From an uncultured Spirochaetota bacterium (GTDB lineage Bacteria > Spirochaetota > Spirochaetia > SZUA-6 > Fen-1364), in contig CAWGAA010000003.1 of assembly GCA_963820525.1 (NCBI GenBank), forward strand, positions 672,001-736,000: DNA of 64,000 nt, in the 5' to 3' direction. Each line of letters begins with the position of its first letter. Position 1 is the first letter of the stretch. A program made the translations under genes and the position numbers. Of the stretch, positions 1 through 7,567 are shown piece by piece. The notes below the pieces were generated by a model. It searched no databases and had not been told where the DNA came from. It saw nothing but the letters and a program-made list of their open reading frames with translations.

Positions 1-73
1 CGAGGAGGAAGCACGCGGCCGTAGTGAAGAGCCTGCCGCGGCGTTCAAGGAACGCGGAAAAATCGCCTTTCAC
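1..73 (-). CDS. N-terminus of a probable membrane protein (partial, runs off window start)
   Basis: GTG at 73 after purine-rich SD-like GGAAGAGGTGGGAAGGG; reads MKGDFSAFLERRGRLFTTAACFLL with no stop before position 1. Confidence 0.35.
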   Translation of the reverse strand, partial: MKGDFSAFLERRGRLFTTAACFLL

Positions 74-143
74 CCCTTCCCACCTCTTCCAACCCGGGCA
101 CGCGGTGATGCACGAACGGCTGCGCAGAGAAAATCGCGATCCG

Positions 144-1073
144 TCAGATCAGGGTAACGATGGCCACGATGGCGAGAACCGACAGCGGGTAAAAGCAGGC
201 GCGGTTGAAGAACGCCATTGCCGCCTCCGTTCGCTGGCCCCTCACCCAGCCCAGGGCAGGAATAATGAGGAAGAACGCCCCGGAACCGAGGGCTCCGGCT
301 TCATATACGGGCCAGTATTTGACGGGTGCAAGCAGGGGAAAAGCCAGGCTCGCCGCAACGGTGAGCGCCGTCAGGCCGAAAGAGGCCCACGATGCGGCGC
401 GGCGTCCATAGCGGACGGGAACGGTCCGTATCCCCAGGTGGATGTCCTCATCAAGGTCCGTCCAGTCGTTGGGTATGTTGCGGCATCCCACTTCCCAGGC
501 GAATGCCCAGGCAAAGAAAATGAAAACGATGGCAGCGGGAGGGAGGGGATTGACGGCATAGACGCCGGCAAGGCCGCCGACGGCCACCATGGCTCCCGAG
601 AGAAGTCCCTTCCAGTGCGTGACGCGAAGAAGGAGACAGTAGACGGTCTCCAGGGCCGCCGCCGCAAGGAGGAGCAGGGCGCAGACCGGGTTCAGGAGAT
701 ATGCCAGCGTGACCGAAAGGACTCCCCAGAAGATCACCCAGCTCACGGCCGCCCAGAAGGGAAGCTTCCCCTGGGCTATGGGGTGGCGAAGCCCGAGGGA
801 GTCCAGGTCGAAGGAAGACGATTCTCTCTTGTATTTCGCCATCTTCTCCGCATCCACGCGCCGGTCCAGGACGTCGTTGAGCGCGAACACGGCCGTGAAG
901 CCCGCGAAGGCGGCAAGGAGCCCGATGCCGATGACCGATGGCCGTGGAAAAGCTCCCAGGACCAGGAGCGCCCCGACGGCGGGATGCGCCACGTCGAGCA
1001 CCGAATGGCTCATCCGCGAAAGACCGAAGAACTTCCTTGCACCATCCCCCAGTGTCGCGCTCAAACCGCTCAC
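144..1073 (-). CDS. UbiA-family prenyltransferase
   Basis: Multi-TM 309 aa; aspartate-rich motifs NDVLDRRVD and NDWTDLDED; RHP and GIRTVPVRYG typical of UbiA superfamily. Confidence 0.85.
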   Translation of the reverse strand: MSGLSATLGDGARKFFGLSRMSHSVLDVAHPAVGALLVLGAFPRPSVIGIGLLAAFAGFTAVFALNDVLDRRVDAEKMAKYKRESSSFDLDSLGLRHPIAQGKLPFWAAVSWVIFWGVLSVTLAYLLNPVCALLLLAAAALETVYCLLLRVTHWKGLLSGAMVAVGGLAGVYAVNPLPPAAIVFIFFAWAFAWEVGCRNIPNDWTDLDEDIHLGIRTVPVRYGRRAASWASFGLTALTVAASLAFPLLAPVKYWPVYEAGALGSGAFFLIIPALGWVRGQRTEAAMAFFNRACFYPLSVLAIVAIVTLI

Positions 1074-1105
1074 GATCCCGCCTCCTTTTTATTTCAAGGG
1101 CTGCT

Positions 1106-2557
1106 TCATTCCCCTCGCCGCGGTGAAATCATCCCACGATCGCCCCCGTCGTTCAACTCCTCCTCGAGGAATCCGAGGATCCTCCCGCTCGCCTCCCCGC
1201 CCAGGGAAAAGGCTTTGGCGCACGAGCGGCCGATCAGCCGGCCCAGGGGCGGAGGATTGTAGATGAGCTTCAGGATGTGGCGGGGACGGACGGAGAGGGG
1301 ATTGTAGCCTGAAACGATCCGGACTTCCTCCAGAGCCAGCCGCTCGAGGCCGGTATGGGGCTGAATGGCGAGGAAGAACACGACGGGAACCACGCGATCA
1401 TCGCCGAACATCTTCCGGATCCGGCGCACCGTCCCCAGGGTCAGGCGGAGGGTATCCCGCGTTTCACCCGGGGCATTGAGGGAGAGGTTCAGGAAGATTC
1501 TTCCCGAATACCCCGCGGATTTGAAAACCTCGAAGCCCTTCATGACTCCTTCGATGGAGAAGCCCAGCCGCAGACGATCCAGGACCTCCTGTGCCCCCGA
1601 ATTGAGGGAGACTTCCAGGTCCTGCAGTCCGGAACGCACCATCAGGGAGGCAAGCTCCGGATCGATGTCGTGTATCCGCAGGTACCCCGACCACTGGATG
1701 TCAAGCTTCGCTCGTATCAGCCCTTCCAGGATCCGGGCGAGGTGCCCGCGGTCGGCCGGCTCGCTCAAGAGCTGCGCGTCGGCAATCCAGAACCTGCGGG
1801 AGCCCCACCGCCTGGCGAAGGCTTCGAACTCCGCCACCACGCACGAGGGGTCCCTTCGCCTGACCGTCTTTCCCTCCAGGAAACCGTAGAGACAGTAGAG
1901 GCACGACAGGGGACATCCCTGCTTTGTCTGGATTCCGACAACCTCGCCGCGATATTCCTTCCACTGGGGGAAAGCCTCTTCCATCGCTTCAAGATCGATC
2001 TCCGGCTCGATGGGATTGGCAGGCAGGGGCAGACCCAGAAGCTTGAAAAAAGCCTCGAGGTCCCTCTCCGGAAAGACATGGACACGCGAGGGGATCTTCG
2101 GCTTCAGCCACTCGTGGAAGATCCTGACGCTCGAGCCTCCCAGGGCCACCGCGGCCGAGCCGCTTGCCTTCTCGACGGACCGGATGAGGCTCAGGTCATG
2201 GGAGATCGCAGAGCCGTAGGTGAGCATGTGCCTCAAACCGCTGAACGCGGAGCGTGCTTTTTTTACTAGCGATGGATGATGGAAGAAGATGAAAGCGTCC
2301 CGCATGGCGGGGTCCAGGTCTTGCGGAGAGAAGATCTGGATATCCCTCCATGAAAAGGCCACGACGTCGGGCTTGAACTCTCGAAGAGTCTCCAACAGGA
2401 GGCTCTCGCGGCGGCGGCGCTCGACGATTGCAAGGTCGAGGAACCTCTGGCTCGCGCCGGGCGCCGAGCGGTTCACCAGGGACATGAGGTAGATGGGGCC
2501 GGTGGGAAAGACCTTCTTGCAGGGAAGCCTCACCGTGAGGACTCGGGGTGGGATCAT
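1106..2557 (-). CDS. Cobalamin-binding-like radical SAM protein (resembles cyanobacterial Slr0320-type family)
   Basis: CxxxCxxC (CPLSCLYC); N-terminal VRLPC..VFPTG and FSWRDIQI; C-terminal QPHT..E, GYNPLS, KLIYNPPPLG motifs. Confidence 0.8.
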   Translation of the reverse strand: MIPPRVLTVRLPCKKVFPTGPIYLMSLVNRSAPGASQRFLDLAIVERRRRESLLLETLREFKPDVVAFSWRDIQIFSPQDLDPAMRDAFIFFHHPSLVKKARSAFSGLRHMLTYGSAISHDLSLIRSVEKASGSAAVALGGSSVRIFHEWLKPKIPSRVHVFPERDLEAFFKLLGLPLPANPIEPEIDLEAMEEAFPQWKEYRGEVVGIQTKQGCPLSCLYCLYGFLEGKTVRRRDPSCVVAEFEAFARRWGSRRFWIADAQLLSEPADRGHLARILEGLIRAKLDIQWSGYLRIHDIDPELASLMVRSGLQDLEVSLNSGAQEVLDRLRLGFSIEGVMKGFEVFKSAGYSGRIFLNLSLNAPGETRDTLRLTLGTVRRIRKMFGDDRVVPVVFFLAIQPHTGLERLALEEVRIVSGYNPLSVRPRHILKLIYNPPPLGRLIGRSCAKAFSLGGEASGRILGFLEEELNDGGDRGMISPRRGE

Positions 2558-2623
2558 CGCCGATTGAGACTATATTCGAGGGGCCGCCGATGGACAAGTG
2601 ACGGCTGCCGCTCCCCCGAGGAC

Positions 2624-3200
2624 TTAGAAGTAGACCTCGGCGAGAATCCGGTCCCGAGGTACTCCGAAGCCGGTGAGGATGCCGAAGGCTTCATAGATCA
2701 TGTCGCTGTTTCCGCAGAGGTAGCACAGCCGATCGGATTCCACGGGATGGTCGCGCAGGTATGCCGTGAGCCGGCCGCGATAGCAGTTGCGTTGCCCGCA
2801 GGATCCATCCGCGCTAACGCAGGCCAGATAGCGGGATGGCTGGTAGGTCTCGCTGTCGAACAGATCGGCCTCGTTCCTCACGCCGTGCAGAAGAAGGTAG
2901 TCAAGGTCAGGGTAGCTCTCAACAAAGCAGTGGAAGGGAGAGACTCCGGTCCCCGGGGCGAAGGCAGCCGAGCGCCCGAGAGACAGTGCCCTCCTGGATC
3001 TCCCTGATGAGGACCTCCAGGAAATCCCGCGAAGGAGGAGAATAAATCGTGTACTCGCGCCGCTCGCCGCTTCCCGGAACTCCGATGTTGACCCACTGCC
3101 CCGGCAGGAAGTCCAATCCGCCGCGCTCCAAGCGCAGAACGTATGCCAATGGAGACAGCCTTCGGACTCCCACCACGCGATGGAGGGCGGGCTGCGTCAC
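2624..3200 (-). pseudogene. FAD/NAD(P)-dependent oxidoreductase (FNR/flavin reductase-like) with internal deletion and frameshift
   Basis: 5' part has F.PGQ, RREYTIYS and GTVSRAL (FAD domain); another frame has GTGVSPFH, LLHGVR, YLCGNSDMI, EVYF (NAD domain); the GP.G segment between them is missing; GTGA overlap with lipA stop. Confidence 0.75.
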
Positions 3201-4108
3201 CGAGGGGTGGAGGAGCGGAGCTCTTGCATGTGCCGCTTGAACCCCTGGAACTGCATGTCGGCGTGATACGACGAGCGGATGAAGGGGCCTGCCTCGCAGT
3301 AAAGAAAACCCTTTTCCAGGGCCGCCCGCTTCAGCTCGGCGAACTCGTCCGGGTGCCAGTACTTCTGCACCGGCGCGTTGTTCCGGGTGGGCTGGAGGTA
3401 CTGGCCGATGTTGACGACATCCACGCCGTTCGCGCGAAGGTCGTCCAGGGTCTGAAGCACTTCGTCTAGCGTCTCCCCGAGGCCCAGCATGATGCTCGAC
3501 TTGACCACCCTTTCGGGGTCTATCTCCTTGGCGATTCGAAGGTACTCCAGGGACCTGTCGTATCTGGAGCGGGAGCGCACGCGGGGCGTGAGCCGCCTGA
3601 CGGTCTCGACATTGTGGCTGACGATGTCGGGGCCGCTCTCCACGACGAGGCGGATGGAATCCGCCGAGCCCATGAAGTCTGAAGTGAGCACCTCGATGGA
3701 GCAGCCGGGGTTTCGCGCCCTCACGGCGCGAACGGTTTCCGCCATGACGGAGGCGCCGCCGTCGGGAAGGTCGTCGCGGTTCACCATGGTGATGTGCGCA
3801 TGCGACAGCGCCATGCGGCTCACCGACGAGGCCACCCTGAGGGGCTCCAGTTTATCCACGGCGCCAGGAAGCCCCGTCTTGACGGCGCAGAAGCGGCAGC
3901 GGCGCGTGCAGGTGTCCCCGAGGATCATGAAGCTCGCCGTTTTCAGGGTGCCCCAGCACTCCTGGAGGTTTGGACAGCGGGCCTCCTCGCAGACCGTGTG
4001 CAGCCCTTCCCCGCGCATCAGCTTCTTCAAGAACACGTAGCTGTCCGTGGTGTTCAGCCTGATCCTCAGCCACTCCGGCTTCCGCCGCGGGTCGACCTGT
4101 TCCGGCAT
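3197..4108 (-). CDS. lipA: Lipoyl synthase
   Basis: [47 protein letters not shown]. Confidence 0.97.
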   Translation of the reverse strand: MPEQVDPRRKPEWLRIRLNTTDSYVFLKKLMRGEGLHTVCEEARCPNLQECWGTLKTASFMILGDTCTRRCRFCAVKTGLPGAVDKLEPLRVASSVSRMALSHAHITMVNRDDLPDGGASVMAETVRAVRARNPGCSIEVLTSDFMGSADSIRLVVESGPDIVSHNVETVRRLTPRVRSRSRYDRSLEYLRIAKEIDPERVVKSSIMLGLGETLDEVLQTLDDLRANGVDVVNIGQYLQPTRNNAPVQKYWHPDEFAELKRAALEKGFLYCEAGPFIRSSYHADMQFQGFKRHMQELRSSTPR

Positions 4109-4339
4109 TCCAAGCCCTCCAGCTTAGAATATGAGCACAATTGGCTATAAGAGGAAAGGAACCTCCGAGGCGCCGGCGGGGGCGCTCGGCCGAGGAAAAT
4201 CGTCAGCGCACCGGCAGGGGCTTCGTCGGGTGCGCCCGCCCCGTTGGGTCGGCGCGGCTTGAAAAAGCGCCGCGCCCCTACCGCAAGCGTCGAAACGCAT
4301 GCTAAGATTGCGCGCTCAAACGGAGGGGAGCCTCGGGAA

Positions 4340-4939
4340 ATGAAGGACGATTCTGATTCGATGAACCCAAGAGGCGAACAGCCCCGGCCGTCCTGGGTGG
4401 GGCTCCTGGCCCTTTTTTCCATCGCCTCGTTCGTGGAGTCCATGTACTACGGCCAGATGGGCGCGTTCACGCCGCTGTACCTGCCGCGCCTGGGCTTCAT
4501 CCTGGGCCTTGGGGGCCTGAGCTCCCTGCTCCTCGGCCCGGCCATGGGGGCCCTCGCGGATCGATTCGGCCACTGGAGGCTGGTGTTCATCGGGGGCCTT
4601 CTCTCGGCGCTCCTCTGGCCCCTTCCCATGCTCGCCCGCGGCCTTGTGGGATTCGCGCTTGCCTGGGGCGCCGCCAACGGGATCACCTCGGGGGTCTTCG
4701 CCGTGTCCTTCAGCGTCCTTTCAGGCTCCGCGCACCAGAGCATCCGCGGCCGGGTGATGTCGTTCGCCTACCTGCCGCTCAACCTCGGGGTCTTCGCCGG
4801 CCCCGCTATCGGAAGCGCCCTCACGCGCACAGATGTGTTTCTGGTATTCCCCGCGGCCGGCGCGATAGCCCTTCTCGGCGTCGGCATGCTCGCCGTCGCC
4901 GCGCGGCTCAGGATGAGGCCGAACGCGCAAGGCACGTGA
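4340..4939 (+). CDS. Half-size (about 6 TM) MFS transporter, probably an internal-deletion product
   Basis: 199 aa from ATG 4340 (SD GGAGGGGAG); motif A GALADRFG; RGRVMS and GPAIG motifs; only six hydrophobic segments. Confidence 0.6.
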   Translation: MKDDSDSMNPRGEQPRPSWVGLLALFSIASFVESMYYGQMGAFTPLYLPRLGFILGLGGLSSLLLGPAMGALADRFGHWRLVFIGGLLSALLWPLPMLARGLVGFALAWGAANGITSGVFAVSFSVLSGSAHQSIRGRVMSFAYLPLNLGVFAGPAIGSALTRTDVFLVFPAAGAIALLGVGMLAVAARLRMRPNAQGT

Positions 4940-5045
4940 GAAGCGGCCCCCCGTCCTGCGAGCACGCTGCCGGCCCGCCGCTCCGGCACCCGGCGTGCTA
5001 CACTGAGAGGTGCCGGCGGCCGCCCGGCCGGGAAAGGAGCGCGCA

Positions 5046-5699
5046 ATGACGGAAGCTTCGATCAGGGCCCTCGAACATATCCGCGACTTCTCGATGCTGA
5101 AATGGTACGTGATTCCCCTCCTCGCGATCGTCTTCTACGTCTACGCCCGGGAAATCAACAAGGCGCGAGGCGGCCGCGGCTGGGATGCGGTTATCGCGGG
5201 GGCCACTCTCTTCGGCATGGATTTTTTCAACGAGACGTGGAACGGATGGGTGCTCAATATCACGGGCCGTTCGGCCTTCTGGACCGCGCCGGGAGACACG
5301 GCCCTGCGCACGCTGGTGGGCTGGAACATCGAGATCATGTTCATGTTCGCCATCGCCGGAATCGTGTTCTATTACACCTGCTCGCCGGACCCGGCGGAGC
5401 GGATTCTCGGGCTTCCCAACCGCTGGTTCTGGGCCATCGTGTACTCGGCCTTCTGCGTCCTCGTGGAGTGCGTGCTCAATATCGGCGGGCTTTTGGTCTG
5501 GGAATACCCGTTCTGGAACCTCTCCCTCGGCGGGATCTGGCTCATCTTCCTGATCGGTTACTTCGAGTTCTTCGCTGCGATCAACCTCGTTCTCGGGATC
5601 GCCACCCCGCGGGGCAGGCTCAGGGCCGTGGGAGCGATCTGGACGGTCCCCATCGTCATGAACGTGATCGGATTCGCCGTCCTGCGCTGGAACTACTGA
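5046..5699 (+). CDS. Multi-pass membrane protein of unknown function
   Basis: ATG 5046 with SD AAGGAG; 217 aa, several Trp/aromatic-rich TM helices; extended -10 TGcTACACT at 4996-5004. Confidence 0.75.
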   Translation: MTEASIRALEHIRDFSMLKWYVIPLLAIVFYVYAREINKARGGRGWDAVIAGATLFGMDFFNETWNGWVLNITGRSAFWTAPGDTALRTLVGWNIEIMFMFAIAGIVFYYTCSPDPAERILGLPNRWFWAIVYSAFCVLVECVLNIGGLLVWEYPFWNLSLGGIWLIFLIGYFEFFAAINLVLGIATPRGRLRAVGAIWTVPIVMNVIGFAVLRWNY

Positions 5700-5723
5700 T
5701 CGAGGGGTATTGGTGTGCGGGCT

Positions 5724-6134
5724 TCACTCGCCCAGGGCCTTGCTCACGGCCGCATGCAGCATTCGTGCCTGGGCCAGTGCCGTGACCGCGTCCTCTTCCT
5801 TATAAAACTCCGAAGGGGTCAGGTCTTCACTCCCGTAGAATGCGAGCTCCCTATCCCGGCGCAGGGAGCGTGAAATCTTCACAAGCTCGTCCAATTGCCC
5901 GTCGATCTCGCGGGGGAGCAGCTCACGGTTGTCGAGCAAAACGGGGCTCACATCGTGGACCTGTGGCACCTCGATGCGGCACGCCCGCAGGAGCCCCTTG
6001 AGGGTGATCTCCACGATTTCCTGAGCCTCCCTCACGACGTCCGCCCAGCTTCGCTCCGCCATCAGGACTTCCAGCGCCCGCAACCTGCTGCCGGCGCGCT
6101 TGAGATAATCCTTTGCCAGACCGTCATTGTACAC
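5724..6134 (-). CDS. HEPN domain protein (putative toxin of MNT-HEPN pair)
   Basis: AQEIVEITLKGLL, P..HDV and RRDRELAFYG..D..P...Y..EDA pattern of MNT-associated HEPN; overlaps the MNT gene end. Confidence 0.85.
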   Translation of the reverse strand: MYNDGLAKDYLKRAGSRLRALEVLMAERSWADVVREAQEIVEITLKGLLRACRIEVPQVHDVSPVLLDNRELLPREIDGQLDELVKISRSLRRDRELAFYGSEDLTPSEFYKEEDAVTALAQARMLHAAVSKALGE

Positions 6135-6712
6135 GTTCCACCTCCGGACCGCGCTTGATCCAGTACGGATGGCCGTAAACCATTCTCCGTTGGAGCTCCC
6201 CGTCCGCCATGGACCTGCGCAGCTTTATCAGGAAGCGTGAGATTCGGCCTTCCTTGTCGAAAAGAACGACCGCATCAACGGCGGCTTCGAACCAGATTGA
6301 ACCGGCCTCTTCCAGGGTGCCGGGGAGATGGACAAAATGCGGGCTGAATCTGTCGGAGGCGATTCCCTCGAGGCCTCGGTCCCAGCGCTCGTACAAAGAT
6401 CGTGTGAGCGGCAGGTCCATCACCGACGACGATCATCACGTCGATATCCGAGCTTTCGCGCTGCTCGCCTCTGGCCACGGACCCGAACAAAAGCACTCCA
6501 GAAAGGGATTCGCCTAGCAAGCTTATCACCTGCGATAGCGGGATCAATGCTTCTTTTCGAACCTCCCCTTTGTCCAATCCAAGGTAGTTCTTCAGCGCCA
6601 TGAGGCACAACCCGTTCAGAGAAACCCTTTCTTCAAAGGCACGACGTCTCAAAGCCGCGTGAAGCTTCGGAGGAAGCCTGACTACAAATTTACCAGACGG
6701 CTCAGTGGTCAC
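6124..6712 (-). pseudogene. HicB-like RHH fused to minimal nucleotidyltransferase (antitoxin), frameshifted at ~6418
   Basis: SGKFVVRLPPKLHAAL...VSLN (HicB-like RHH), then LFGSVARGEQRESSDIDV (GSx10DxD); C-terminus DLPLTRSLY...GHPYW lies in another frame. Confidence 0.8.
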
Positions 6713-6718
6713 ATGTTA

Positions 6719-6754
6719 ATAGTACTATAGTATCAATCTATTGTCAATATAGTA
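6719..6754 (-). promoter_or_regulatory. Sigma70 promoter with overlapping palindromic operator, leaderless start
   Basis: TTGACA (6747-6742)-N17-TACTAT (6724-6719); GTG start follows 6 nt after the -10; perfect palindrome TACTATAGTA 6723-6732 and second TATAGTA at 6748-6754. Confidence 0.75.
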
Positions 6755-6859
6755 AGACATGCCCTTCGCGGCGTTCGACACCAAGCCATAAGGCGCGGCG
6801 ATCAGCTTATGCCGTGGCGAATCAACGCGCCAATTCCAGCACAGAAACCGGCGCTGCGA

Positions 6860-7567
6860 TCAACCGCTGCCTTCATCCGCACCTATCTCCGGCAGCACCT
6901 TCAGCCTGTAGCCCACTCCCGGCTCCGTTACCAGAAGCTCGGGGAGCTGCGGGGTCCGCTCTATCTTCTTTCGAAGCCCTGTGATGTAGACCCTGAGGTA
7001 GTTCGTGTCCTGCTCTGCGTTGGGGCCCCACACCTCCTTGAGGATCTGCCCGTGGGTGATGATCCTACCGGCATGCTGGACGAAGATCCGCACCAGGGCA
7101 TACTCCGTGGGGGTCAGCTTGACGGGAATGTCGGCCACCTTCACTTCGCGGTTGAGCAGGTCCACGGCGAGCCGGCCCGAGCGAAACACCTTTTCGGTCT
7201 CCGGGGGGCCGCGGTGGCGCAGCGCGACTTTCATGCGGGCGATCAGCTCCCCCGTGTTGAACGGCTTGATGAGGTAGTCGTCGGCCCCCGCGTCCAGAAG
7301 CCGCACGATCTCCTCCTCGGTGTTGCGCACCGAGAGGATAATGACGGGCACTGTAGACCACGTCCGCAGGCCGGAAAGGACTTCGGCCCCGTCCTTGTCC
7401 GGGAGGCCGAGGTCCAGAAGGACGACGTCCGGCTTCTTGCCCAGCATCATCTGCAGGCCGTCCTCCCCCGTTCCCGCCTCGTGCACCGCATAACCCTGCT
7501 TCTCCAGGCTGATTTTTAAAAGCCTGCGGATCTGAACCTCGTCGTCGATGACGAGCACGCTCATCAC
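6860..7567 (-). CDS. kdpE: KdpE response regulator (OmpR family)
   Basis: DDE, LDLGLPD, GADDYLIKPF, LTPTEY, EVWGP, YLRVYI, TEPGVGYR; coupled to kdpD. Confidence 0.93.
   Translation of the reverse strand: MMSVLVIDDEVQIRRLLKISLEKQGYAVHEAGTGEDGLQMMLGKKPDVVLLDLGLPDKDGAEVLSGLRTWSTVPVIILSVRNTEEEIVRLLDAGADDYLIKPFNTGELIARMKVALRHRGPPETEKVFRSGRLAVDLLNREVKVADIPVKLTPTEYALVRIFVQHAGRIITHGQILKEVWGPNAEQDTNYLRVYITGLRKKIERTPQLPELLVTEPGVGYRLKVLPEIGADEGSG

Noticed and set aside
24..1262. Long antisense or shadow ORFs (also 15077..16543, 31661..33148, 49907..51616 and others)
   Set aside because: They lie opposite well-supported genes in high-GC DNA and have no recognisable motifs
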